A DNA stretch of 36,699 nucleotides. Source: Candidatus Pacearchaeota archaeon CG10_big_fil_rev_8_21_14_0_10_30_48 (GTDB lineage Archaea > Nanobdellota > Nanobdellia > Pacearchaeales > GW2011-AR1). The stretch covers positions 1 to 36,699 of the forward strand of contig PFCU01000048.1 in NCBI GenBank assembly GCA_002763155.1, read 5' to 3'. The notes beneath the pieces were generated by a model, which saw nothing but the letters and a program-made list of their open reading frames with translations, made no database searches and was not told where the DNA came from. Below are positions 8,738 to 18,602 of this stretch, piece after piece (within the stretch, counting starts at the first letter, position 1; each line of letters starts with the position of its first letter). A program made the translations under genes and the position numbers.

Positions 8738-10222
8738 ATGAATGCATTTGAAAAACTATTAGGTAAAGATAATCCTCTTTATTTGGCTGTTCAAGAACGA
8801 GGATTCGAAACGCCTTCGGAAATTCAAGAAAAATCAATTCCTGAAATTCTTAAGGGTAAAGACGTTATAGCTGGTGCTTCGACTGGAAGTGGGAAGACTT
8901 TGGCGTTCGCAGCAGGTTTAATAAAAAATATTTCTTCTGGAAAGGGTTTACAAGGTCTTGTTTTAACACCAACACGAGAATTAGCAGAACAAGTTTCTAA
9001 AGAATTGAAATTTTTCGCTAAACATAAAGACTTAGATGTTACAGCAGTTTATGGAGGAGTTGGAATTAATCCTCAAATAAAAAAATTAGAAAGTGTAGAA
9101 ATTGTTGTTGCGACTCCTGGAAGATTATTGGATCATATTGAAAGGAATTCTATTGATTTGGCTCGAATAAATACGCTTGTTCTTGACGAAGCAGACAGAA
9201 TGTTGGATATGGGTTTCAGAGACGATGTTAAAAAAATAATTCGTAAATGTCCTACTGAAAGGCAGTTCATGCTTTTCTCGGCGACGATTTCACCAGATGT
9301 TTTACATTTAATTAAAGATCAAATAAAAAATTATGTTGAAATTTCTGCGAAAGATTATGTTGACCCAAAAAAATTGAAACAGATTTATTACGATGTTAGG
9401 GATAATTTGAAATTTTCTTTATTAAAATATTTATTAGAAAAGGAAAAATCTGATTTGGTTATGGTTTTTTGTAATACTCGGAAGAATGTAGATTTTATCG
9501 TAAATAATTTGAGATCTTTAGGTATTGATAGTCTAGCGATTCACGGAGGGATTACTCAAGATAAGCGGAATAAAACTATGTTGGTTTTCCATTCTAAGGA
9601 AGTAAATGTTCTTGTTGCTACAGATGTTGCTGCTCGGGGTTTGCATATCGACGGAGTTAGCCATATTTATAATTATGATATTCCTGACGAGAAAAAAGAG
9701 TATATCCATCGAATTGGTAGAACTGCTCGGGCTGGAAAAGAGGGGATAGTAATAAATTTAATCTCTATGAGAGATTATGAAAATTTTAGTAGATTGCTTC
9801 CTAAAGAATTGGGAATTGTCGAAGAGAAAACTCCTTTTATTGAACAAGTTCAGGTTCGTTGGATTCCAGGAAGAGGGCGAGATTCTGGAAGAGATAAACG
9901 TTTTGGAGTTCGTGATTCTATGAGATATGAAAAAAGAGAAAGAGAAGATGGCACTCGAGATTCTGGAAGAGGAAGAATTCATAGTTCTGTTAGGAAAGAG
10001 GATTATAATTCTCCTAAAAAAAGAAGCAGACAAAAACCTAATCGAAGTGAAGGAAGTAGAAGTTCAGGATATTCAAGAAGTAAACCTTCAACTGATGGTT
10101 TTAGAGAAAAAACCGATAAGTCTGGTTTTAGGGGAAGTCGGGGCGGAAGAACTTCATCAAGAAAAAGTTCAGAAAGTAGCTCTGGTAGAGGATTTAAGAA
10201 AAAATTCTCTAAGAGATATTGA
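8738..10222 (+). CDS. DEAD-box RNA helicase with basic R/S/G-rich C-terminal tail
   Basis: Q motif, TGSGKT, PTRELA, TPGR, DEAD, SAT, ARGL and HRIGRTAR. Confidence 0.96.
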   Translation: MNAFEKLLGKDNPLYLAVQERGFETPSEIQEKSIPEILKGKDVIAGASTGSGKTLAFAAGLIKNISSGKGLQGLVLTPTRELAEQVSKELKFFAKHKDLDVTAVYGGVGINPQIKKLESVEIVVATPGRLLDHIERNSIDLARINTLVLDEADRMLDMGFRDDVKKIIRKCPTERQFMLFSATISPDVLHLIKDQIKNYVEISAKDYVDPKKLKQIYYDVRDNLKFSLLKYLLEKEKSDLVMVFCNTRKNVDFIVNNLRSLGIDSLAIHGGITQDKRNKTMLVFHSKEVNVLVATDVAARGLHIDGVSHIYNYDIPDEKKEYIHRIGRTARAGKEGIVINLISMRDYENFSRLLPKELGIVEEKTPFIEQVQVRWIPGRGRDSGRDKRFGVRDSMRYEKREREDGTRDSGRGRIHSSVRKEDYNSPKKRSRQKPNRSEGSRSSGYSRSKPSTDGFREKTDKSGFRGSRGGRTSSRKSSESSSGRGFKKKFSKRY

Positions 10223-11168
10223 TATTAATTCTTTTCTTAGAGATATATTCATAAGCGTAATATGCTGCGGTGCAACCATCTGCGACACCAGTTATTAATT
10301 GTTTGAATTCTTTATCTGTTACATCTCCGGCTGCGAAAACTCCTGCTAAATTTGTTTCAGAAGTTTTATGATTAATTATTATTTCTCCTGCTTTGTTTGT
10401 TTTTACTCCAAGAGACTTTGCTAAATCACTTAAGACGATATGCCCAATTGCAACAAAAATTCCGTCAAGTTTTAATTCTTTGGAATTTTTGTAGGGTTTA
10501 TCTAAAACAATAGAGGTTACAAATTTTTCTCCTTTAACTTGAGTTAAATTTGTATTGTTGATGATTTCTATTTTTTTGTTAGATTTTACTCTTTCAAAAT
10601 TTATGGGTTCAGGGTGAATTTCTTTCCCGCGGTAAATTATGTAAACTTTTTTTGCGTGTTCTGCTAAAACTAACGCATCTTTTGCAGCTGAATCGCTTCC
10701 ACCGATAATTGCAACAATTTTATCTTTGAATAAAGGACCATCACATAAAGCACAATAGTTTACTCCTTTGTTTTCAAGTTTTTTGCTTCCCGGAATATCT
10801 AATCTTTTCCATTTAGTTCCGGTTGCAAACAAAATTGTTTTCCCATTGTAAGTTTCTTTTTCAGTTTTAACTGAGAATTCTGATTTTGATTTTTTAATTT
10901 CTTTTACAAGTTCTTCTTTTATTGTTACTTTATCATATGAGCGCGTATGCGCTTCTATTTTTTCTGCTATTTCTGTTCCGGTTAATTTTATGAATCCAGG
11001 GTAATTTTCTACAAGATTTGTCGTCGTTATAACTCCTCCGATAGGTAATTCAGATCCATGAGAATGTCCAAGAATTAAAGTTTTCAAACCTAAACGCGCG
11101 GAATACATTCCTCCTGCTAAACCCACTCCTCCAGCTCCAATAATTATTAAGTCGTATTCGTTTTTCAT
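10209..11168 (-). CDS. trxB: Thioredoxin-disulfide reductase
   Basis: IIGAG FAD motif, VENYPG, CALCD redox centre, GGSDSA, FAAGD. Confidence 0.93.
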   Translation of the reverse strand: MKNEYDLIIIGAGGVGLAGGMYSARLGLKTLILGHSHGSELPIGGVITTTNLVENYPGFIKLTGTEIAEKIEAHTRSYDKVTIKEELVKEIKKSKSEFSVKTEKETYNGKTILFATGTKWKRLDIPGSKKLENKGVNYCALCDGPLFKDKIVAIIGGSDSAAKDALVLAEHAKKVYIIYRGKEIHPEPINFERVKSNKKIEIINNTNLTQVKGEKFVTSIVLDKPYKNSKELKLDGIFVAIGHIVLSDLAKSLGVKTNKAGEIIINHKTSETNLAGVFAAGDVTDKEFKQLITGVADGCTAAYYAYEYISKKRININIS

Positions 11169-11401
11169 TTTAATCCTAAAGCTTTTTTTAATTCTGATTC
11201 ATTAAATCCTACAACAATTTTTCCATCAATATCAATTACGGGAACTCCCATTTGTCCAGATTTTTTTATCATTTCTTGTGTTGATTTTTTATTTTTAGAA
11301 ACATCAACATCTTTAAAAGATATTTTTTTATCCTTAAGAAAGTCTTTTACTTTTTTACACCAAGGACATGTTGGCGTTGAGTAAACTATTATTTTTGCAA
11401 T
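11165..11401 (-). CDS. Glutaredoxin-like (NrdH/YruB-type) protein, not in ORF track; apparent ATT start
   Basis: (I/M)AKIIVYSTPTCPWCKKVKDFL...SGQMGVPVIDIDGKIVVGFN...LGLK*; CPWC, GVP and VGF motifs; stop overlaps trxB start (ATGA); GAGGT just upstream. Confidence 0.9.
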   Translation of the reverse strand: MAKIIVYSTPTCPWCKKVKDFLKDKKISFKDVDVSKNKKSTQEMIKKSGQMGVPVIDIDGKIVVGFNESELKKALGLK

Positions 11402-11527
11402 TTTATACCTCTAGATTAATTTATCTAATAGATTATTTAAATTTGCCGGAGACAGAAGAAACTTTTATAAAGAGAATTTACTTGAATAAAGTAGGTTAAA
11501 AAGATGGTGAAAGGAGGTATGAAAAAA

Positions 11528-11710
11528 ATGGTTTGGTATGAAAAAACTGCTTTAATTTTAGCGGCTATTGGTGCAATTAACTGGGGTTTAGCTGAATTGA
11601 ATTTCAACATAGTTGATTTAATTCTTGGAAGTATCCCTATTGCAGCTACAATTGCTTACTACGTAATTGCTTTATGTGGTATCTATGCGCTATACAAGGT
11701 CTTTAAATAA
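11528..11710 (+). CDS. DUF378-family small membrane protein
   Basis: LAAIGAINWGL...FNIVDLILG...YYVIALCGIY pattern; GGAGGT at 11513-11518 favours ATG 11528 (ORF track start 11504). Confidence 0.8.
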   Translation: MVWYEKTALILAAIGAINWGLAELNFNIVDLILGSIPIAATIAYYVIALCGIYALYKVFK

Positions 11711-11820
11711 TTAGTAATAATTTTTTTATTTTCTATTCTTTCTATTTTTTATTCAATCAAAGGGATTTAAACGTGTTTCGGTAAATTTAAATAATTCTTT
11801 TATTATCTAATTAAAAGAGT

Positions 11821-12636
11821 GTGAAAATGAAATTGTTTATAGATAGCGCCAAAATTGAAGAAATTGAAGAGGCATATTCTTGGGGAGTTATTGAGGGGGT
11901 TACTACAAATCCTAGTTTAATGAAAAAGGCAGTTTCAGGTAAAGAAAATAATTTAGAAGATTATATTAAAAGAATTTTGAAAGTCGCGGAAAAAACTCCT
12001 GTTTCTTTAGAAGTTACGACAAGTGACTATGATTCCATGGTTAAAGAAGGAAAAACATTATATAAAAAATTTCATAAATTTGGGAATGTTTATATTAAGA
12101 TTCCTGTGAACCCTGCTTTTTGTGATGATAATAGTTGCAAGAGAAATGATTTTGATGGTATACGTGCGATTAGAACTTTAACTAAAGAAAAAATTCCGAT
12201 TAATTGCACTTTAATCTTTAGCCCAGAGCAAGCTTTGCTTGCAGTAAAAGCGGGAGCTAAATTTGTCAGTCCTTTTGTTGGAAGGGAAGATGATTTTATT
12301 CGCGAGAAAGCACATATTAAATTTAAGAAAGATGATTATTTTATTGGAGTTAAATCTAAAAAGAAAAATGATGCTGGAATTTCTTCTGGAATTGATTTAA
12401 TTAAGAAATGTAAAGAGATTATTTTTAAGAATAAACTAAAATCCGAAGTTTTAGCTGCAAGCATTAGAAATCCTCAACAACTGCGAGAAGTTGCGCTTGC
12501 TGGAGCTGATATTGCTACAATTCCATTTGAGGTTTTAAAAAAATTAATTGAACATCCTAAAACAATTGAGGGTATGAAAGATTTTAAGAGAGATATTGTT
12601 TTAGAGTATCAGAAAATTAGTGGGGTAAGGAAATGA
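11821..12636 (+). CDS. tal: Transaldolase (short TalC/FSA family)
   Basis: FIDSA, TTNPSL, VSLEV, YIKIP (Schiff-base Lys), NCTLIFS, SPFVGR, LAASIR; the Glu/Phe pair indicates transaldolase rather than F6P aldolase. Confidence 0.92.
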   Translation: MKMKLFIDSAKIEEIEEAYSWGVIEGVTTNPSLMKKAVSGKENNLEDYIKRILKVAEKTPVSLEVTTSDYDSMVKEGKTLYKKFHKFGNVYIKIPVNPAFCDDNSCKRNDFDGIRAIRTLTKEKIPINCTLIFSPEQALLAVKAGAKFVSPFVGREDDFIREKAHIKFKKDDYFIGVKSKKKNDAGISSGIDLIKKCKEIIFKNKLKSEVLAASIRNPQQLREVALAGADIATIPFEVLKKLIEHPKTIEGMKDFKRDIVLEYQKISGVRK

Positions 12637-13916
12637 TAAAATTTTCATTTAAAGATTCATTGATTAAGGAAAGAGAGATTAATAAGTTAGCTAAAAAACT
12701 TCGCCCTGAAATTGAAGATATGCAAGAAGCTGAATTAAAAGAATATAACGACGATAGAGCTTCGATAAACTTACCTGATGATTTAGCAAGTTTGAAAAAT
12801 GTAAAAAGAGTAATAAGCGAATGTTTGAAACTTAATCCGGATTATTTAGTGGTTGTTGGAATTGGAGGAAGTAATCTTGGAACAATAGCTATTCAAGAAG
12901 CTGTCCTCGGAAAATTTTACAATCAATTAGATTCTAAGTTAAAAATATTTTATGTTGATACAGTTGACTCAGATTCTTTTGGTGATGTTTTAAGAATTTT
13001 AGAACCTGAACTTAAGAAAGGTAAAAAAGTAATTGTTAATGGGATTAGTAAATCGGGTAAAACAACTGAAACGATTGCAAATTTTGAAATTCTTGTTAAT
13101 TTGATTAGGAAATATGATAAGAATTATGAAAAATATATTGTGGTGACGACGGATAAATTTTCTCCGTTTTGGGATTTGGCTTTGGATAAAGCGTTTAATG
13201 TTTTGGAAATTCCTAGAAAAATTGGAGGACGTTATAGTGTTTTCTCTCCTGTTGGACTTTTTCCTTTAGGAATGTTAGGAATTAATTTAGAAAGATTATT
13301 AAGAGGAGCTAGAGAAATGAAAAAGATTTGTTTGAATGAAAATATTATGAAAAACCCTGCTGCAATGTCTGCTGCAATTGAATATGCAAATTATCACGAT
13401 GGTAAACACATTAGTAATTTATTTTTATTCTCAAGTGATCTAGAATCAATTGGAAAGTGGAATCGTCAACTTTTTGGGGAGTCTTTGGGTAAAAAAAATA
13501 AAGGGATTACGCCGATAACATCTATTGGAACTACAGACCTTCATTCAATGCTTCAACTTTATTTAGGCGGAAAAAATGATAAATTTACAACTTTTGTTTC
13601 TGTGAAAAAAGGAAATACTAAACTCGCTATGCCTAAATTGTCTGAATATGATTTACTTGTCGATGATATTCAAGGGAAAGAATTGGCTGATATTATGGAT
13701 ACGATTCTTCTTGGAGTAAAAGCTTCATATAAGATAAATAAAAGACCATTTATTTCAATTGAAATTCCAAATAAGAAAGCTTTTACAATTGGAGTTTTTC
13801 TACAATATAAAATGATGCAAACAATGTATCTTGGATTTCTTTTAGGAGTTAATTCATTTAATCAACCAGATGTTGAAAAATATAAAGAAGAAACGCGGAG
13901 GATTTTGAGGAGATGA
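12633..13916 (+). CDS. pgi: Glucose-6-phosphate isomerase (bacterial type)
   Basis: GIGGSNLG, SKSGKTTET, GGRYSV, QLFGESLGK, DLHS, NQPDVE. Confidence 0.94.
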   Translation: MIKFSFKDSLIKEREINKLAKKLRPEIEDMQEAELKEYNDDRASINLPDDLASLKNVKRVISECLKLNPDYLVVVGIGGSNLGTIAIQEAVLGKFYNQLDSKLKIFYVDTVDSDSFGDVLRILEPELKKGKKVIVNGISKSGKTTETIANFEILVNLIRKYDKNYEKYIVVTTDKFSPFWDLALDKAFNVLEIPRKIGGRYSVFSPVGLFPLGMLGINLERLLRGAREMKKICLNENIMKNPAAMSAAIEYANYHDGKHISNLFLFSSDLESIGKWNRQLFGESLGKKNKGITPITSIGTTDLHSMLQLYLGGKNDKFTTFVSVKKGNTKLAMPKLSEYDLLVDDIQGKELADIMDTILLGVKASYKINKRPFISIEIPNKKAFTIGVFLQYKMMQTMYLGFLLGVNSFNQPDVEKYKEETRRILRR

Positions 13917-14980
13917 AACCAAGACTACTTATTGAGCCTAAAGATGTTAAACCAAGTTTTCCAGAGTGGAAAGTTATTAGCACGATAAATCCGGCAGTTA
14001 TTCGTCGTGATGATGGGAAAATTTTGATGTATGTTCGAGTTGCAGAACAAGATAAAAAACATTTGAAGGGGGAGGTTTGTCCTGTGATAACTTCTTATGA
14101 TGGTCTTACAGTTAGTACTGAAAAAGTTTTTGTACATCAATTGAAGAGGAGAAAGAAAGAAATTATTTTTTTGAAAGATGGAACTTGTAGACTGATGCAT
14201 ATCTCTCATTTGCGTAAGGTTTTATTGGATGAATCTGGAATGAATGTTTTAGAGATTGATGATGAACCGACATTTACAGGAATTGCTGGTGAGAGTGATT
14301 ATGGGGTTGAAGATCCGCGGTTTACAAAAATAGGGAAAAAATATTATATGACTTATGTTGGAGTCTCAAAGAATGAAGGAGTTTCGACTTATTTAGCTGA
14401 ATCAGATGATTTGGAAAATTGGAAACGGTTGGGAATTATTTTTAGAGAACAAAATAAAGATGCTTTTCTTTTTCCTGAAAAAATTGATGGGGAATATGTT
14501 GCGTTTAATCGACCTGAGAGTTCATTTCATTTTTCAAAGCCTGGAATTTGGATTTCTTATTCTAAGGATTTAATTTATTGGGGAAGAGATTTGAATATTG
14601 CTCGTCCTCGAGAGGGTTCGACTTGGGAGAATGAGCGAATTGGAGGAGGTGCGCCTCCGATTAAGACTAAAAAAGGTTGGTTGTGTATTTATCACGGCGT
14701 TAAATATATTGATGGTAAACAGACTTACAGTGCTGGCGCGATGCTATTGAATTTGAAACACCCTAAAAGAATTATTGCGCGTTCTTCTCCGAAAAAACCA
14801 TTGTTTGGTCCTAGTGAAAAATTTGAGAAAAAAGGTTATATTAATCAAGTTGTTTTTCCGACAGCCGTGGTTCCGACTTTAGATGGAAAAAGTTTATTAA
14901 TTTATTCTGGAGGAGCTGATAGGGTTGTTTCTGTAAGAAAAATTAAACTTAAAGAAATATTTAATCACTTGAAAGTATGA
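13913..14980 (+). CDS. GH130-family glycosidase/beta-mannoside phosphorylase
   Basis: NPAV, YGVEDPR, NKDAFLFPEKI, IGGGAPP, YHGV, VVFPT. Confidence 0.88.
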   Translation: MKPRLLIEPKDVKPSFPEWKVISTINPAVIRRDDGKILMYVRVAEQDKKHLKGEVCPVITSYDGLTVSTEKVFVHQLKRRKKEIIFLKDGTCRLMHISHLRKVLLDESGMNVLEIDDEPTFTGIAGESDYGVEDPRFTKIGKKYYMTYVGVSKNEGVSTYLAESDDLENWKRLGIIFREQNKDAFLFPEKIDGEYVAFNRPESSFHFSKPGIWISYSKDLIYWGRDLNIARPREGSTWENERIGGGAPPIKTKKGWLCIYHGVKYIDGKQTYSAGAMLLNLKHPKRIIARSSPKKPLFGPSEKFEKKGYINQVVFPTAVVPTLDGKSLLIYSGGADRVVSVRKIKLKEIFNHLKV

Positions 14981-15711
14981 GTGTTGAAGAACAATTTACA
15001 TTTCTTGAAGTTACTAAAGCAGAAGAAGTAGCAAAGTTGGCTGCTAAAATAGTAGCGAATAATATTAAAGAAAATCCAAAAATTGTTCTCGGATTAGCGA
15101 CTGGAAATACTATGATTTCATTTTATAGAGAATTGGTAAAATATTATAAAAAGGGATTTATTTCTTTTTCGAGGGTTAAAACATTTAATTTAGATGAGTA
15201 TTATGGGTTGGATTCTAAATCGAAAACTAGTTTTAGAAATTTTATGAATAAAAATTTATTTGATAAAGTTGATATTAAAGAAAAAAATATTAATTTTTTA
15301 GATGGGGATGTTAAAAATTTTGAAAAAGAATGTAAACGATATGAAAATAAAATAAAAGAAGTAGGTGGGATTAATTTGCAAATTTTAGGTATAGGAGTTA
15401 ATGGACATATTGGTTTTAATGAGCCAGGCTCTTCTTTTACAAGTGTTACAAGAAAGGTGAAATTATCTCAATCTACGCAAAAAGTAAATGCTAAGGAATT
15501 TAGGGGAAAGGAAATTCCTAAATATGCTTTGACGATGGGGATTAAAACAATTCTTAGTGCAAATAAAACAATTCTTTTAGCAATTGGCGGGGAAAAAGCG
15601 AGAATTATTAAAAAAACTCTCGAAGGAAAAATAACAAAAAAGGTTCCAGCAAGTGTTTTAAGAAAACATAAAAATATTTTAATAATAATTGATTGCAAAG
15701 CAGGCGAGTAA
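14977..15711 (+). CDS. nagB: Glucosamine-6-phosphate deaminase
   Basis: LGLATGNT, FNLDEY, LGIGVNGHIGFNEPGS, ALTMGI, PASVL. Confidence 0.94.
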   Translation: MSVEEQFTFLEVTKAEEVAKLAAKIVANNIKENPKIVLGLATGNTMISFYRELVKYYKKGFISFSRVKTFNLDEYYGLDSKSKTSFRNFMNKNLFDKVDIKEKNINFLDGDVKNFEKECKRYENKIKEVGGINLQILGIGVNGHIGFNEPGSSFTSVTRKVKLSQSTQKVNAKEFRGKEIPKYALTMGIKTILSANKTILLAIGGEKARIIKKTLEGKITKKVPASVLRKHKNILIIIDCKAGE

Positions 15712-15742
15712 TATTTATAACTTCTATTTATTAATTATTTAA

Positions 15743-16336
15743 ATGAAGAAAGCATTAGTAATTGTTGCACATCCGGACGATGAAACTATTTGGATGGGGG
15801 GCAGTATTTTAAGGAATAAAAATTATGATTGGACGATTTTTTCTTTATGTCGTAAAAGTGATGATGACCGAAGACCCAAATTTGAAAAAGTTTGCAAAGA
15901 ATTAAACGCTAAATTTTTGATGGGAGATTTGGATGATGAAGAATTGAATGATTTAAAAATTGATTATGTTGAAGAATTTATTATTTCTTATTTAAAAAAT
16001 AAAAATTATGATGTGATTTATACCCATGGAGAGAATGGAGAGTATGGGCATAAAAGACATAAAGAGACCCATAATGCAGTTGTTTCTCTTGTGAATAAAA
16101 ATATTTTAAAAACTAGGGAATTAATTTGCTTTTCTTACATTAATAGTAATGAATATGTTCTGGGGTTTGATTTGAAAATTGCAATTCCTAATGAAAACTC
16201 TGAAACGATAATTAATTTAAACCAAGATGAACACAAGAAAAAAATGGAAATTGTTTCAAATATTTATGGATTTGATGAAAACAGTTTTGAAGTTTTATGT
16301 TGTAATAAACAGGAAGCATTTGAAAAAATAAAATGA
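15743..16336 (+). CDS. PIG-L/LmbE-family N-acetylglucosamine deacetylase
   Basis: VAHPDDE and THGENGEYGHKRH zinc-binding motifs. Confidence 0.88.
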   Translation: MKKALVIVAHPDDETIWMGGSILRNKNYDWTIFSLCRKSDDDRRPKFEKVCKELNAKFLMGDLDDEELNDLKIDYVEEFIISYLKNKNYDVIYTHGENGEYGHKRHKETHNAVVSLVNKNILKTRELICFSYINSNEYVLGFDLKIAIPNENSETIINLNQDEHKKKMEIVSNIYGFDENSFEVLCCNKQEAFEKIK

Positions 16337-17508
16337 TAGAAGAATTAAAGAACAAACCGCTTAAAATTTTAGTTTTATATCCTCATCCTCCGGAACCGGA
16401 CGGAGTTAGCATGCAAGGGCATTATTTAATTAAGGGTTTGAGAGAGCTTGGAGCAGAGGTTATGCCTTGTGATAGAGCTGATAATTTACAAAAATTGCAT
16501 TCCTATAAGGCGTTTAATCCAGATGTTACAATTGGAATTGGGTATTGGGGAGATTCGCCAGAAGTTCTTTTTAGTCCTATGAATCATGGATTGAAAACAG
16601 TTCCTTGGTTTAATGCAGACGGTTGGGTTGCAAATTATCATGATATCTTGAATAATTTACCATTAATTGTTGCAACAAGTAATTGGGTGAAATCAACTTA
16701 TATGCGAGACGGTGTAAAAGGAGATAATATTTATGTTTGTCCTATTGGTTTTGATTCAGAAACTTTTTATCCAATTTCTAAATCAGATGAAAAAATAAAA
16801 AAATTGCGCGATTTACTTGGAATTAAAGATGATGAAAAAATGATTTTTACAGCGGGTGGAGATGTGACAAGTAAAGGAGCTCAGGAAATGTTTAAGGCTT
16901 TGGCAAAGATCGATAAAGATTTTCCGAATTGGAAATATGTGCTAAAAACTTATGATAGTTCTTCTGCTGAAAATCATGGTGTTGAAGAAGAACAGTTAAT
17001 TGAAGAGTTAGGATTAGATAAGAATAAGATTATTCGGCTTTCTGGTAAATACACTCCAGAATTTATGGCGATGTTGCTTAATGCTTGTGATATTTATGCT
17101 GCGCCTTCACGTCTTGAAGGTTTTGGAATGATTCAGCTTGAAGCGCAGGCTTGCGGGAAACCGGTTATATCAATAAATGTTGGCGGACCGAAAGATGTTA
17201 TTATCCACGAGAAAACAGGATTTTTAGTTGATGTTGCAACTGAAATTAAATTAGATGGCGAGTGGGCATATGATTGGATGGGCTTTGAAGAGAAGCATAT
17301 GATTAATTTTCCGAATCCAAAAACTTTTGCTTATAGGGCAGACATAAATCAACTTGCTGAGTATACTTTAAAATTATTAGTAGATGATTCTCTTAGAGAG
17401 TCTATAGGTCGAGAAGCAACAAAGCACGCTTTAGATAATTTTCATTATAAGGTAACTGCTAAAAAGATGTTGGATTTGATTAAGGGGAATGTTTTGAAAT
17501 TACAATAA
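16333..17508 (+). CDS. Glycosyltransferase family 4
   Basis: KG motif, PSRLEGFGMIQLEAQACGKPVI, TGFLV; ATGA overlap with the deacetylase. Confidence 0.92.
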   Translation: MIEELKNKPLKILVLYPHPPEPDGVSMQGHYLIKGLRELGAEVMPCDRADNLQKLHSYKAFNPDVTIGIGYWGDSPEVLFSPMNHGLKTVPWFNADGWVANYHDILNNLPLIVATSNWVKSTYMRDGVKGDNIYVCPIGFDSETFYPISKSDEKIKKLRDLLGIKDDEKMIFTAGGDVTSKGAQEMFKALAKIDKDFPNWKYVLKTYDSSSAENHGVEEEQLIEELGLDKNKIIRLSGKYTPEFMAMLLNACDIYAAPSRLEGFGMIQLEAQACGKPVISINVGGPKDVIIHEKTGFLVDVATEIKLDGEWAYDWMGFEEKHMINFPNPKTFAYRADINQLAEYTLKLLVDDSLRESIGREATKHALDNFHYKVTAKKMLDLIKGNVLKLQ

Positions 17509-18597
17509 AACCTTTTTTTCCTTCAAAGATTCATAAGCTAAAATATACATTCCTGCATTCCAGCCTTGTCCTCCGCCACCGCTAGGTTCTCCTGTATGGC
17601 CATTAAGCCATTCGCTGAACATTGGTTTTTTAAGATTTGCTTCTGCAATTTTTTCTAATGCTTTTTCAGCTTCTTTGAATTTCTTTTGTTTTATTAGAGC
17701 TAAAACATAAAATCCTCCGATATATGTCCAAATTCCTGCATTTGAATAGTGATAAGGAGTTGCACCAGCATCATAAAAATAATCATGCCAATCTTTTCCT
17801 TTAGGTTTAATTGCAGGATATAATGTTTTGATTGGATAAGGTTGATCGATTTTATTCTTTTTAATATAGGATAATATTTTTTCAGATTGTTTTTTATCTG
17901 CTAAATCAAAAACTATTGTCATTAAATTACCTAAAGATTCAAACCAATCTCCAATCTCTTTATATTTATTATGGTTTTTCCATCTCCACGAAACATAATA
18001 ATTTCCATTCCAGAGACCGTCATCCTTACTTTTATTTACAACTTCTTTTATTTTTTTTGCTTCTTTTGTTTTTCCTAATAATATTAAAGATTTATAATAA
18101 AGAGCCTCTGTGTTTATTGTATGTCCGTAACGATGAGGAAAAGCATCAAACCAATCAGAAGTTGGTTGTTGTTCTGGCATTAAATCTTCGCCAGTATCTT
18201 GATATGAAATCCACAATTGTGCCTTTTCAATTTGTTTCTTGTATTTTTTTAATAAAGAATTATCTTTGTATCTTTTAGCATAAATGTAATTCCCAATAAT
18301 AAACCACAAAGAGGAATCAATTGATTTGTAATCTACATGGTGTTTTCTTTTAGAAAACTTATCTACTGCATTTGGTATTTGTCCTAAATGACTCTGGTTT
18401 TTTGCTAAAGTTATTATTGATTGTTTGAAAGTGTTTTGGAATTTTTTATCAATAAGACTTGCTCCTAACGAAATAATCATAGAGTCTCTCGCCCAAACAG
18501 CGTCGTAACCAGGATATGCTGCGAAAAACCCATGTTTAGTAGATGTTCTTTTTAAAACTTCTATTGCTTCATCATATGCTTCTTTTGTTTTATTCAT
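17500..18597 (-). CDS. (alpha/alpha)6 glycoside hydrolase, GH100 invertase-like / amylo-alpha-1,6-glucosidase-like
   Basis: YDAVWARDS, YHYSNAGIWTYIGGFY, FSEWL and QGWNAG motifs. Confidence 0.8.
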   Translation of the reverse strand: MNKTKEAYDEAIEVLKRTSTKHGFFAAYPGYDAVWARDSMIISLGASLIDKKFQNTFKQSIITLAKNQSHLGQIPNAVDKFSKRKHHVDYKSIDSSLWFIIGNYIYAKRYKDNSLLKKYKKQIEKAQLWISYQDTGEDLMPEQQPTSDWFDAFPHRYGHTINTEALYYKSLILLGKTKEAKKIKEVVNKSKDDGLWNGNYYVSWRWKNHNKYKEIGDWFESLGNLMTIVFDLADKKQSEKILSYIKKNKIDQPYPIKTLYPAIKPKGKDWHDYFYDAGATPYHYSNAGIWTYIGGFYVLALIKQKKFKEAEKALEKIAEANLKKPMFSEWLNGHTGEPSGGGGQGWNAGMYILAYESLKEKKVLL

Positions 18598-18602
18598 TTT
18601 AA

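Noticed and set aside
9878..9971. 16-bp direct repeat CGAGATTCTGGAAGAG
   Set aside because: Encodes RDSGR twice in the low-complexity helicase tail; only two copies, not CRISPR.
11511..11530. AAGGAGGTATGAAAAAA shared with 31351-31367
   Set aside because: Explained by an SD plus A-rich spacer; no further similarity.
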